A stretch of 57,323 nucleotides of DNA, taken from the IMG/VR virus record IMGVR_UViG_3300042295_002426, positions 1 to 57,323 of that record; one strand, 5' to 3'. A model generated the notes under the pieces. It saw only the letters and a list, made by a program, of their open reading frames with translations. It ran no database searches and was not told where the DNA came from. The translations under genes were made by a program, and so were the position numbers. This document shows, in pieces, positions 8,674 to 18,354 of this stretch (position 1 is the first letter of the stretch; each line of letters opens with the position of its first letter). Source of the DNA: a virus. Taxonomy: Duplodnaviria > Caudoviricetes.

Positions 8674-10734
8674 GTGAGTGACGAGCTCCTCGTCACGGCC
8701 AAGCGATCCCTGCCGCTGCCGGAACTGCTGCGGAGGCTGGGCGACTACGCGCCGTCCCCGGCGGAGACCGGCAGAGGAGCGTTCCTGATCCGGTCGCCGC
8801 TGCGCGAGGACCGGAACCCCTCCTTCTCGGTCTACCGACGGGACGGGGAATGGAAGTGGAGCGACAAAGCCACCGGCGACGGAGGGGATGCGGTTGACTA
8901 CCTTTGCCACCGGGAAGGGAAGGAGTTCAAGGAGGCGAGGGCCCGGCTCCTCGATCTGGCCGGGATCCAGGATCGGGCGCCGGAAGCGGCAAGAGACCCG
9001 ATGATCCGCGTGACGGTGAAGAAGAAGGTCTCCGACTGGGCGGACTGCACGAAGGCGCTGACCGACGAGCAGGTGCGTGAGATCGCGACCTGGCGAGGTT
9101 ATCCGGTAGACTTCGTCGAATGGTGCCGCGACCAGGGCTGGCTTGGCTGGTTCAAGGGCGGACCGGCCCTGCCCGTGCATGAGGGCGGGAAGGTGATCGG
9201 GATCCATCATCGGCGAATCGATGACCCGACAAGCTGGCGCAACACGGCGGGCAAGGCTGCGCCTCTCGTCTTCGGTGATCCGACGAAGACTCCCCTGACG
9301 ATCCTCATGGAGAGTCAGTGGGACGCCTTTGCCGCTCTCGCGGCGATGGAGGCTCACCGGCGGCCAATTCTTGAGAACCTTACGATCGTCGCGTCGCGTG
9401 GAGCGGACCACGTCGCGGCGCTGGGTGATCTCATCGCGAAGATTCCAGGCCAGAAATGCCGGATCGGTGCGGTCGAGCAGAACGATCCGCCGCGCGAGGA
9501 TGGCAAGCCGACGGGGAACGAGACCTGGCGGAAGAAGGTCGGGAAGCTCGCTCCCGGAATCTGCTTCAACGCGCCGCCAAAGGAGCACAAGGATCTGAAC
9601 GACTGGCTCCGGGCGGGGATGAAGGGCGAGGACTTCCTCGACCTCGTCATGAGCGCCCAACCGAAGCGGACGACGAGCCTCTCGCTGCGGTCGATCTCGG
9701 AGCTCCGCGCCATGCAGTTCGACGACTCGGACTGCTATCTAGGAGACCGGATGCTCGCCGCCGGGCAAGCAACCTCGTTCCTGGGACCGGGCGGGATCGG
9801 GAAGTCGCGGATGGTCCTGCAACTCGCGGCGTGCTGTGCCCTCGGGCGTCCGTTCCTCGACCTGGAAACGCGGGCGGCCGGGAAAAAGTGGCTCATCCTC
9901 CAGACCGAGAACAGCAACCGGCGGATCCGCTCGGACATCGAAAAGCTCATCAATGGCCTCGAGCTGAGTGACGCGGAAGTCCGCGCCCTCGACCGGTCCC
10001 TGATGTTCCATACGATCGAGCGGGAGAACGACGCCTTCCTCGACCTCGGGGAAGCGAAGATCCTCGAGGACGTGGAGGCCGCGATCTTTGACTGCTCACC
10101 GGACTTCGTGGTGCTGGACCCGCTGAACACCTTCACCTCAGGGGATCTGAACTCGGACCGGGATTGCCGAGCGGTGCTGATGGCGATCAGCCAGGCGGTG
10201 AAGAAGGGCAACCCGGCACGGGTTCCGTTCGTGGTTCACCACTCGCTGACGGGGAAGGCCGGCGCGAGCAAGGCGGTGGGATGGGACCGGGGGAGTTACG
10301 GCCGCAACTCGAAGGTGCTCCATGCCTGGGTGCGGAGCCAATGGAACCTCGCCCCTGCGGATCCGGACGATGAATCGAAGCTGATCCTCGCGTGCGGGAA
10401 GAACAACAACGGGAAGCCCTTCGGCGAGATCGGCGTGGTCTACGACGAGGAGGTGGGGGTCTACCGGATCGATGGTGACTTTGATGCGGAACGCTACCGC
10501 GAGGCGATCGGCGCCGACGGGAAGCGAAGGAAACCGGGGCTAGGGCGCCAGTATTCCGCAGATGACATTCTTGAATGCCTGGGAACTGAGTGGATGCGGG
10601 TGAGTGCCTTGCAACGCCGCGTCTACGAAGAGACGGGTATGAGCAAGACCCGCTTCTACGTGATCTGGCCGGAGATCAAGGATGGGCTCCGGGTGGATCG
10701 GAATGAGCGGGGGGAGTATCGGCGGGGGGTGTGA
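8674..10734 (+). CDS. Primase-helicase (CHC2-like + TOPRIM + AAA_25/RepA helicase)
   Basis: SPLREDRNPSFSVY, MESQWDA, KDLNDW, GPGGIGKS Walker A, VVLDPL Walker B; GTG start after GGAGG. Confidence 0.88.
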   Translation: MSDELLVTAKRSLPLPELLRRLGDYAPSPAETGRGAFLIRSPLREDRNPSFSVYRRDGEWKWSDKATGDGGDAVDYLCHREGKEFKEARARLLDLAGIQDRAPEAARDPMIRVTVKKKVSDWADCTKALTDEQVREIATWRGYPVDFVEWCRDQGWLGWFKGGPALPVHEGGKVIGIHHRRIDDPTSWRNTAGKAAPLVFGDPTKTPLTILMESQWDAFAALAAMEAHRRPILENLTIVASRGADHVAALGDLIAKIPGQKCRIGAVEQNDPPREDGKPTGNETWRKKVGKLAPGICFNAPPKEHKDLNDWLRAGMKGEDFLDLVMSAQPKRTTSLSLRSISELRAMQFDDSDCYLGDRMLAAGQATSFLGPGGIGKSRMVLQLAACCALGRPFLDLETRAAGKKWLILQTENSNRRIRSDIEKLINGLELSDAEVRALDRSLMFHTIERENDAFLDLGEAKILEDVEAAIFDCSPDFVVLDPLNTFTSGDLNSDRDCRAVLMAISQAVKKGNPARVPFVVHHSLTGKAGASKAVGWDRGSYGRNSKVLHAWVRSQWNLAPADPDDESKLILACGKNNNGKPFGEIGVVYDEEVGVYRIDGDFDAERYREAIGADGKRRKPGLGRQYSADDILECLGTEWMRVSALQRRVYEETGMSKTRFYVIWPEIKDGLRVDRNERGEYRRGV

Positions 10735-10780
10735 GATCGCGGGGTGCTGAGGATTTACGCCTTGCCCCTCCTCGCTCCTA

Positions 10781-10867
10781 CCCTCGGCTCCGTTCCCGCC
10801 GAAGGCCCGGGGTCGGTGGGGGTTCGGCTCCCTTCCCGCCGAAGGCCCGGGGTCGGTGGGGGTTCGG
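10781..10867 (+). repeat. 40-bp tandem repeat (2 copies) at the left edge of the Rhs block
   Basis: TCGGCTCC(G/C)TTCCCGCCGAAGGCCCGGGGTCGGTGGGGGT twice; related copy at 16340-16373. Confidence 0.9.
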
Positions 10868-11054
10868 TGGCGCGCAGGGCGTTGACGAGTTTGCCCTTCC
10901 CGCAGCCGAAATCGAGGACGCTCCGGCAACGGAAGGCCCCGATGAGACCCGTGAGGCGTACGATCGACGTGAGACTGGCTCCGTAGCCGGGGAGGCGTTG
11001 GTGGAGGAGACGGTACTGGGCGATCAGATCGAGACGAGCTGAATTCTGTTTCAT
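10868..11054 (-). pseudogene. Truncated class I SAM-dependent methyltransferase
   Basis: SVLDFGCGKG motif I, after which the frame runs into the tandem repeat. Confidence 0.7.
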
Positions 11055-11160
11055 GAAGTAAACTCCTTTTTACTCCCCATCTTCATGGAATCCCTCAAAC
11101 GTTTCGATTTTCTTTTGCTCGTGGTTCGTTCCGGATGTTCGTCCCTCATGTGCAAAAGTT

Positions 11161-11583
11161 TTACGGCGAGTTGTCTAAAGAGAAACTTTTCTCGTTCGAA
11201 ACATCCATTAGAATTGCATCCCAGCTGGCGAGATGGCCATCCAAAAAAATGCACAGCGCGGGACTTTTTCGACGATCAAAGGCGATCAATCCAGGCGAGA
11301 AGATTTGAACTCTCAAGTTGTCATATGTATAAATAACATCTCGATTAGATTTCAATCGACTATAATCAGGTTCTTCAAGATAATTCCGAATCTCATCTAA
11401 AGAGGGACCGCGACCGGTGACTGATGTTTCATGGTCGGCTAAATAAGATCGAACCCCTAAGATCAAGGCAATATATAGAGAGTCCTTGCTCTCTCTATCT
11501 GACTTTCGAAAGCAAATCCCGATCAGACCAAACAAAACAATCGTGACTGGCGTTAAAATTAGAAAAGTCAAACGTTTCGTCAT
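11161..11583 (-). CDS. Putative Rhs immunity protein 1
   Basis: Directly downstream of the Rhs gene, AT-rich, N-terminal TM. Confidence 0.6.
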   Translation of the reverse strand: MTKRLTFLILTPVTIVLFGLIGICFRKSDRESKDSLYIALILGVRSYLADHETSVTGRGPSLDEIRNYLEEPDYSRLKSNRDVIYTYDNLRVQIFSPGLIAFDRRKSPALCIFLDGHLASWDAILMDVSNEKSFSLDNSP

Positions 11584-11595
11584 CTGGCAAGTGCC

Positions 11596-13284
11596 TTACC
11601 CTAGTTTCTTAAGTCCCTTGTCGCATTCCGTGAAGGGACATTTCTTGTTCCGCAATCGCTCTGAAAGGCTGTTCAATTCTCGCGATTTTTCATATTCAAT
11701 ATCTTGAAGTCTTGAAGCTTCGGGAGCGATTGGGTTGTATACTTCTCTGCGGATGCGACCGGCCAACGCTTGCTGCTCTGGGGTTCTTTGACTTGGATGC
11801 GGGAGACCCGCTGCCTGAATCCTCCTTTGAAACTCAGAATCAGCTTTAGATAAAAGTGCTTCTAGTTCATCTTTCGATTGCTTGAATTCATTGCATGCCT
11901 CGTTGTAGATTCTAATCAAATCTGCGCATGGATCAGCGCTGCATCCGGTTAGGAAGAGTCCTAAATAGTCAACGGCGTTCAACCCATTATTTCCAACGAA
12001 ACCGTACAGATTATCCCCACCGCTGTCCGCGATGGGATCCCGATTGATCCACCTGCCGAGCACGGCTACGTAGAACCGATATCCATAGTTGCCCCACCCC
12101 GTCTCCGCGTCCCGGAACTGCCCCTGGAACCCGAAGTCCCACGCGTAGCTTGATGTGGAGCGCGGCGAGAAGTCCGCCGCCATGATCCGCCGAACCCCGA
12201 AGGCGGCGTAGGCGTAGCGCTCCAGGATCGTGCCGGACGTGTTCAGCACCGCCGTGCCATTGAAGTAATCCATCGTCGCGTAGAGCCGCTCGTCCAGCGT
12301 GCCGTTTCCATCGGTATCCCGGTCACGCAGGATCAACTCGTCCCGATGCCCCGGTCGCTCGCCCCACAGATAGGAGCGGGAGGCGGTGGTGGCGGAGCCA
12401 ATCCGTTCTTCCAAAGGCTTCCAGCGGTCGCTCCAGTAGGTGTGGGTCACGACACTCGCGGATTCCGTCGTGATCCGGCGGGAGAGGCCATCAAAGGCGT
12501 TCTTTTGCACGGTCACGCCGTTCTCATCTTTCACTTCGACGAGTCGGTTCCAGGCATCCCAAACAAGGGTGAAGTGTTTGCTCCAGTCGCCTCCGGCTCC
12601 GGGGCGGATCTTGATCGCGTTCCCGGCGCGGTCGTATTCGATGGCCTGGCTGGATCCGTCGATTTGGGTCAATTGATTGTCCCGGTTGTTCGAGCGGGTT
12701 TGATCGAGGACAGGTGAGCCGTTCGCTTTCTTCTGATACGCGAGCCAGTTCCCGACAGGATCGTAGGTGAAGGTCTCGTCTTCCTTCGGCGTTCCGCCGA
12801 TCGCCGTTCGGTTGGTGTTCAGCGTCCCGACCGCATCGCCTTTCACCTGATACAATCCATCGTATTGGTAGGCCTCATCCTGCCCCGTCGCGGCGACGAG
12901 GTTCTTCTTCCACGTCCGGTTCGACGCTTCGTTGAAGCCCCACTGCCAGGCATCGATGGGCGTGCCCGTTGAAACACTCTGCCATCGCATCTCTTGCACC
13001 CGGCTGAAGCGGTCGTAGCCGTCGTAAGGGTCTCCGGAGTCGCCCATGCTGCCTCCGCCCGGCCTGATCATCGACATCTTTACGTTCGGTTGCGGATAGG
13101 CAATCTCGATGAACCTCGCGAGACCCGCCCGGGTGTATTCCACCTTGTTCCCCGGTTCGCCGGAGAGGGCCACGGACTTCACGAGACTGAAGGAATCCTC
13201 GATGCTGTCGCCCGCACCGTAGGCAAGGTTCACGACCCGTCCGTTCGGATAGGTGATCGAGGTGCGTCGTGCTGTGTTGCTCAT
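11596..13284 (-). CDS. Rhs core (N-truncated) with helical C-terminal tip
   Basis: YD repeats; FQGQFRDAETGWGNYGYRFY..GRWINRDPI..NAVDYLGL core end. Confidence 0.92.
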   Translation of the reverse strand: MSNTARRTSITYPNGRVVNLAYGAGDSIEDSFSLVKSVALSGEPGNKVEYTRAGLARFIEIAYPQPNVKMSMIRPGGGSMGDSGDPYDGYDRFSRVQEMRWQSVSTGTPIDAWQWGFNEASNRTWKKNLVAATGQDEAYQYDGLYQVKGDAVGTLNTNRTAIGGTPKEDETFTYDPVGNWLAYQKKANGSPVLDQTRSNNRDNQLTQIDGSSQAIEYDRAGNAIKIRPGAGGDWSKHFTLVWDAWNRLVEVKDENGVTVQKNAFDGLSRRITTESASVVTHTYWSDRWKPLEERIGSATTASRSYLWGERPGHRDELILRDRDTDGNGTLDERLYATMDYFNGTAVLNTSGTILERYAYAAFGVRRIMAADFSPRSTSSYAWDFGFQGQFRDAETGWGNYGYRFYVAVLGRWINRDPIADSGGDNLYGFVGNNGLNAVDYLGLFLTGCSADPCADLIRIYNEACNEFKQSKDELEALLSKADSEFQRRIQAAGLPHPSQRTPEQQALAGRIRREVYNPIAPEASRLQDIEYEKSRELNSLSERLRNKKCPFTECDKGLKKLG

Positions 13285-13344
13285 CGCGTCAGGGAGTTTA
13301 TGAGATGCCGTTAAGGCTGCAATAAAGTGTCTAAAGACGCAAAC

Positions 13345-13620
13345 TTACTCACGCCCTGGTTTTCGAATGAAAACAACGGTGGTTTGTTTTGGCGAATAAT
13401 CGATAGACTTGATTTGAAAATCCCCGTCGGAATGATAAGTGAAAATCACATTCTCTGAAGAGTTTTCCAAAACCCGGTAATACGGTGAAAGAGGATTTCT
13501 TTTTTGTTGAACTCCATTCGGCCACTTCTCGGGAGTAATATCTCTTGTAGTTGCTTTTCCGAGTAGAATTAGACATGCAATAATTGCGACGCACGAAACA
13601 ATAAGAGAAGATATCTTCAT
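13345..13620 (-). CDS. Putative Rhs immunity protein 2
   Basis: AT-rich, signal/TM N-terminus, directly after the Rhs tip. Confidence 0.6.
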   Translation of the reverse strand: MKISSLIVSCVAIIACLILLGKATTRDITPEKWPNGVQQKRNPLSPYYRVLENSSENVIFTYHSDGDFQIKSIDYSPKQTTVVFIRKPGRE

Positions 13621-13638
13621 AAATCTTTCGTATCTTTA

Positions 13639-15372
13639 CTACGGTGTTCCGCTTCCAACAGGGCAACAGCAAGATGGTGGCTCAGCAGCTTCGGGGCAGG
13701 CGCAGCGGGTGACGCAGGATATTGCAAGCGGATCGCTCAACATTCCCGCCATTTGCCCTTCGATGTTTGCCTTCATATCCTTGAAAGCTTCGTCCCAGCC
13801 ATGTGCTCCAGAAGCCAAGTTTAAAGCTTCATTTACGAGACTTCCTGCCATTGCGAGTGACGGGCTTCTCGCATGAATCAATGTCGATACGCAATTGACA
13901 AAGCAATGCATTTGTTTGTCTCTGACGTAAGTGTCGCCACCGACGCTACAAGGAGGAAACAAAGTCTCTGCGAGCTCCATAATTGCTTTGTGTATCAATC
14001 CTTCGGCGAGGGCGATTAACGCTACAACTAATGTAGGCGACAGCAATCCCAAATAGTCGAGATCGTTTACTCCACTATTCGCCGCGAACAAATAAACATT
14101 CCACCCGCCCGTCTCCCCGATAGGGTCGCGGTTGATCCACCGCCCCATCAGCGGCACGTAGAAGCGGTAGCCGTAGTTATACCAACCCGTCTCCACATCG
14201 CGGAACTGTCCCTGGAACCCGAAGTCCCACGCGTAGCTGGACGACGTCCGCGGCGAGAAGTCCGCCGCCATGATTCGCCGCACTCCGAAGGCCGAGTAGG
14301 CGTAGCGCTCTAGGACGGCTCCCGAGGTGTTCAAGATGGCCGATCCGTTGAAGTAGTCCATCGTCGCATAGAGCCGCTCGTCCAGCGTGCCGTTGCCATC
14401 GGTGTCCCGATCACGCAGGACCAGTTCATCCCGGTGCCCCGGTCGCTCGCCCCACAGGTAGGAGCGGGAGGCGGTGGTCGCGGAATCCACCCGCTCTTCC
14501 AAAGGCCTCCAGCGGTCGCTCCAGTAGGTGTGGGTCACGACACTTGCGGATTCCTTGGTGATCCGGCGGGAGAGGCCGTCGTAGGCGTTTTTTTGCACGG
14601 TCACGCCGTTCTCATCTTTCACTTCGACGAGTCGGTTCCAGGCATCCCAAACAAGGGTGAAGTGTTTGTTCCAGTCGCCTCCGGCTCCGGGGCGGATCTT
14701 GATCGCGTTCCCGGCGCGGTCGTACTCGATGCCCTGGCTCGATCCGTCGATTTGCGTCAATTGATTGTCCCGGTTGTTCGAGCGGGTTTGATCGAGCACG
14801 GCTGAACCGTTCGCGTTCTTCTGATAAGCGAGCCAGTTCCCGACGGGATCGTAGGTGAAGGTCTCGTCTTCCTTCGGCACTCCGCCGATGGCCGTTCGGT
14901 TGGTGTTCAGCGTCCCGACCGCATCGTCTTTCACCTGATACAATCCATCGTATTGGTAGGCCTCATCCTGCCCCGTCGCGGCGACGAGGTTCTTCTTCCA
15001 AGTCCGGTTCGACGCTTCGTTGAAGCCCCACTGCCAGGCATCGATGGGCGTGCCCGTTGAAACACTCTGCCAGCGCATCTCTTGCACCCGGCTGAAGCGG
15101 TCGTAGCCGTCGTAAGGGTCTCCGGAGTCGCCCATGCTGCCCCCGCCAAGGCGGATCATCGACATCTTCACGTTCGGTTGCGGATAGGCTATCTCGACGA
15201 AACGGGCGAGACCCGCCCGGATGTAATCGACCTTGTTCCCCGATTCGCCGGAGATGGCCACGGACTTCACGAGGCCGAAGGAATCCTCGATGCTGTCGCC
15301 CGCACCGTAGGCAAGGTTCACGACCCGGCCGTTCGGGTAGGTGATCGCCGTTCGTCTCGCCGTGTTGCTCAT
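13639..15372 (-). CDS. Rhs core (N-truncated) with SAA-like tip
   Basis: Core nearly identical to 11596-13284 up to DYLGL; tip DKQMHCFVNC..NE..DMKANIEG. Confidence 0.92.
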   Translation of the reverse strand: MSNTARRTAITYPNGRVVNLAYGAGDSIEDSFGLVKSVAISGESGNKVDYIRAGLARFVEIAYPQPNVKMSMIRLGGGSMGDSGDPYDGYDRFSRVQEMRWQSVSTGTPIDAWQWGFNEASNRTWKKNLVAATGQDEAYQYDGLYQVKDDAVGTLNTNRTAIGGVPKEDETFTYDPVGNWLAYQKNANGSAVLDQTRSNNRDNQLTQIDGSSQGIEYDRAGNAIKIRPGAGGDWNKHFTLVWDAWNRLVEVKDENGVTVQKNAYDGLSRRITKESASVVTHTYWSDRWRPLEERVDSATTASRSYLWGERPGHRDELVLRDRDTDGNGTLDERLYATMDYFNGSAILNTSGAVLERYAYSAFGVRRIMAADFSPRTSSSYAWDFGFQGQFRDVETGWYNYGYRFYVPLMGRWINRDPIGETGGWNVYLFAANSGVNDLDYLGLLSPTLVVALIALAEGLIHKAIMELAETLFPPCSVGGDTYVRDKQMHCFVNCVSTLIHARSPSLAMAGSLVNEALNLASGAHGWDEAFKDMKANIEGQMAGMLSDPLAISCVTRCACPEAAEPPSCCCPVGSGTP

Positions 15373-15490
15373 GGTGTCTGGTTTCGTGAACAAGGGCGGC
15401 GCTTCCCGTCCTGCGGTATTGTCGATTCAAGATTCTCGGACTTCCTCAGTCTCTTTCATGTTCCGACTTGAAAGATCCTTCGAGGTTTCA

Positions 15491-15808
15491 CTATTTAGAG
15501 GCGGATCCTCGTCTCCGGAACTGAACCATGTAAATGTCACCGGATCGCTCTATTTTTTCCACAACGAAGTCCGGTGGTATGGGGGACGAGAATATCACCA
15601 CCCCGCTTTCCTTCTCAAAGACTGAGAGGGTTTCCGAAAGAGCATTCTCCTTCATTGCAACGCCTGCAGAATCAAACGCCGTCGAATTCATAGGGATGTT
15701 GGTTAAATCGTTGAGGATAAAATTTCCCAACAGAAATAAGGCCAGAGATGCGATTACCGCAATCATGATCACCGTTCCGGTGGCTGCGAAAATCTTTTTC
15801 ACGGACAT
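15491..15808 (-). CDS. Putative Rhs immunity protein 3
   Basis: N-terminal TM; overlaps the stop of the orphan tip. Confidence 0.6.
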   Translation of the reverse strand: MSVKKIFAATGTVIMIAVIASLALFLLGNFILNDLTNIPMNSTAFDSAGVAMKENALSETLSVFEKESGVVIFSSPIPPDFVVEKIERSGDIYMVQFRRRGSASK

Positions 15809-16338
15809 GGACAGCAGTCTTTCTGGGTGGATCCCAGAGGGCATTCACAACGATCTTTGCAAGTGTCCCAAAATGCAGATCCCTGAACTTGGCCGTATAT
15901 GTTTGAAGCCATGTCTCTCGCTGTGGATTCCCATCCTTCTCCGTCAATTAATAGATCCCAAGCCTCTTTCCCCAAGCTGAATAGCATTGCCATGGCTGAG
16001 TGGAAAATGTGGACTCGAGTAGAAATGCAATTGACGTAGCAATGCCTCTGTTTGTCTTTCCATATATCTTTATCGGGACAATGGGGAAATATCTCTACGG
16101 AGCGACGATAAATCAATTGATGAAGAATTCCTTCAATTATTGCAATGATTCCGAAAGCTGCCATCAGTCGGGGATCGAAAAGTCCGTATCTATCATTAGA
16201 ATTGATTGGATTGTTGGCTAGAAAGCCGTAGAGAGTTGAATCGGCGACCTCGCCGATAGGATCCCGATTGATCCACCTGCCAAGAAGCGGGACGTAGAAT
16301 CGGTAGCCGTAGTTACTGCTAGGGATTTCCTTTTTCAT
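15799..16338 (-). CDS. Orphan Rhs C-terminal tip (SAA-like)
   Basis: Homology begins at NYGYRFYVPLLGRWINRDPIGE (~16314); tip DKQRHCYVNC..GKE..DMASNIYG; in-frame ATG at 16338. Confidence 0.8.
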   Translation of the reverse strand: MKKEIPSSNYGYRFYVPLLGRWINRDPIGEVADSTLYGFLANNPINSNDRYGLFDPRLMAAFGIIAIIEGILHQLIYRRSVEIFPHCPDKDIWKDKQRHCYVNCISTRVHIFHSAMAMLFSLGKEAWDLLIDGEGWESTARDMASNIYGQVQGSAFWDTCKDRCECPLGSTQKDCCPCP

Positions 16339-16339
16339 C

Positions 16340-16373
16340 CCCTCGGCCCCCTTCCCGCCGTAGTCCCGGGGGC
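16340..16373 (+). repeat. Third copy of the Rhs-flanking repeat
   Basis: CCCTCGGCCCCCTTCCCGCCGTAGTCCCGGGGGC, 29/34 identical to 10781-10814. Confidence 0.8.
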
Positions 16374-16557
16374 AGGGAGATGTTGATGGGTCCCGAGGGC
16401 TTTTATTCGTTTTGTCTCGAAGCGTCAAGCATTTCTGATTGGTAAAATCGGACGCTCGTTCCGCACTCATGCCGCCTCTCGCTTCGTTTCGCTCCGAGCG
16501 CGGGCACCCGACCGGCCCCCCCCTTCCCACGCGGCTTCCTTCGGCTCCCCAGACGTC

Positions 16558-16755
16558 CTACGACTCCCGCTCAATCTTCTCCTCCACGGCCTCTCGGATC
16601 CAGGGCGCTAGCTTCATCTTGCGCTTGCGGGAGGCTCTCACCGCTTCGCCCTTGAGGTCGCCGAGGTCGATCACGATCCTGCCCTTGCCGGAGATCTTCT
16701 CCTCGTCGGGCTTCTTGGCGTTGTCGTTCCCTTGTAGTTTCTCGGATCGGCTCAT
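16558..16755 (-). CDS. Small RHH-like DNA-binding protein
   Basis: GNDNAKK..RIVIDLGDLKGEAVRASRKRKMKLAPWIREAVEEKI. Confidence 0.6.
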   Translation of the reverse strand: MSRSEKLQGNDNAKKPDEEKISGKGRIVIDLGDLKGEAVRASRKRKMKLAPWIREAVEEKIERES

Positions 16756-16769
16756 CAACCGATTTTTCT

Positions 16770-17087
16770 TCAAATTTCAGACTTTGGCAACTCGTTGATC
16801 GCGCGTTGGGCGGAAACCTTCCAGGAGGCGCGGTAGGTGGCGGCCATTTCAATGGCCCACTGCACGAGGTGTTCGTAGCCTTCGAGGTTTCGCGACGCCA
16901 GAGCAAGGCGCACCGCTGTCTCGGCGCGGAGGGTCCGCGAGCAGATCTGCGCGGCTTCCCACCTGACCTGAGGGTGGTCTTTCCATCGTCCCTCGACTCG
17001 CTGGCGGATGAGCCATCCGGTCCGGACGTTGAGGGGCTTGGTGACGAGACGTTCCGCCTCGGCGATTTCGGGGGCTTCGATTTTCAT
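16770..17087 (-). CDS. Hypothetical phage protein
   Basis: Member of a leftward operon; no recognised motif. Confidence 0.6.
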   Translation of the reverse strand: MKIEAPEIAEAERLVTKPLNVRTGWLIRQRVEGRWKDHPQVRWEAAQICSRTLRAETAVRLALASRNLEGYEHLVQWAIEMAATYRASWKVSAQRAINELPKSEI

Positions 17088-17159
17088 GGGTGATGAGGTC
17101 TGGTGCGGGCGTGTCCCGATTGCCGCTCCCTGGGTTCATTCCAAGGGGCGGGCATCGGA

Positions 17160-17570
17160 TCAGGCATCCTGCCACTGGTCGAGGAGGGTCCGGTGGAGTC
17201 GGGTGATGTCGTCGCGGATGAGTCTGTCGATCTCCGCCAGGGTTTCGGGCCGGAGTGGCAGGAATGAATCCCCGCGGAGCATCCCGGGATCGGCAAGCCC
17301 GAGCCCGGTGATGATCGGTTTCTCCTCCGAGGCAAGGGCGGGCGCGTAGCGCAATCCCTCGAGGCAGGGACTGCCTCCGTTGCTGCCGTCGTAGGACCGC
17401 ATCAGGTCGATACGGCGGGCACGGGTGTCCCTCGAGCCGATGGCGATATCCACGACCTGGGGACCGGTGCTGCCGTCGAGGTTGATCTGGTCGGCAAGGG
17501 TGTTGAGTTTGTCGGCCTGGTCGAGCAGGCGGGACAGTGCGTGCAGATGGTTCAGTTGGTTGTAGTTCAT
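17160..17570 (-). CDS. Hypothetical phage protein
   Basis: ATG 17570 (MNYNQLNHL); leftward operon. Confidence 0.6.
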   Translation of the reverse strand: MNYNQLNHLHALSRLLDQADKLNTLADQINLDGSTGPQVVDIAIGSRDTRARRIDLMRSYDGSNGGSPCLEGLRYAPALASEEKPIITGLGLADPGMLRGDSFLPLRPETLAEIDRLIRDDITRLHRTLLDQWQDA

Positions 17571-17670
17571 AAGGCATTCCGGCATCCGGCCGGTCGGGTT
17601 TGGGTTAGGCGGAGATTGACTCCTGGCCGCCCCCTCCCATCGCCGGGAAGGGGCGGGTAAGGGGGCGACG

Positions 17671-18354
17671 TCAACCGAGAGTGGGGGCGCCGTGGGCCGC
17701 CAGGGCATCGCGCAAGACTAGGCAATGCCAGTCCCCCTTGATCTCCTCGATCACTTCGCCGGCGCGGCAGAGAGTGTGGTCCTGTGAATCGGCTGAATAC
17801 CAAAGCCGTCTGGACTCGACCTCGATCCCGGCAATGGCCGCCATCTCCTGCCAGGTCAACCGGCGGAGCTGCACCTCACCGTCGTCCCAGATGATGCGGT
17901 CTCCCTCGATCCGGCCGGTCCTCGCACCGTGGCGGCGCCACCAGGCCGAATAGACCGTGCGTCCGACCCGGTCCATCGGTCCGGGCTCCCCCTTCGGGGT
18001 CTTGAGTTGCCCGGCGATCGCCATGGTCATCACCGAGCTGTTCTCCGCGACTGCGGTGGCAACCGGCCCGGTCATGACGTCCCGATCGAGTCGTTCGATG
18101 GCATCGGGGGCAAGATCGCGACCGTAGATGGGGGACTGGATCGCGAGCGACCACGATCGATCGATGGCGGGACGTTTGTCGATGACGAGGGCATCGGTGT
18201 AGTCTGACTTCGGATCCGGAGTCCAGGTCTCGGGGGAAGCGTAGCCGGAAAGGCACGAGGAGCATCCTGCGACTCTCCGGAGCGGGGTCCGCTCCTCGTG
18301 GTGGCCACCTAGACCGAAACCGAGCAGGGAGACGTGTTCGGTTTTGCCGTTCAT
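17671..18354 (-). CDS. Hypothetical phage protein
   Basis: GGAGG RBS and ATGA coupling to the upstream ORF. Confidence 0.7.
   Translation of the reverse strand: MNGKTEHVSLLGFGLGGHHEERTPLRRVAGCSSCLSGYASPETWTPDPKSDYTDALVIDKRPAIDRSWSLAIQSPIYGRDLAPDAIERLDRDVMTGPVATAVAENSSVMTMAIAGQLKTPKGEPGPMDRVGRTVYSAWWRRHGARTGRIEGDRIIWDDGEVQLRRLTWQEMAAIAGIEVESRRLWYSADSQDHTLCRAGEVIEEIKGDWHCLVLRDALAAHGAPTLG

Noticed and set aside
11596-15372. Diversity-generating retroelement TR/VR pair
   Set aside because: No reverse transcriptase, and differences between the Rhs cores are not adenine-specific; this is ordinary paralogy.
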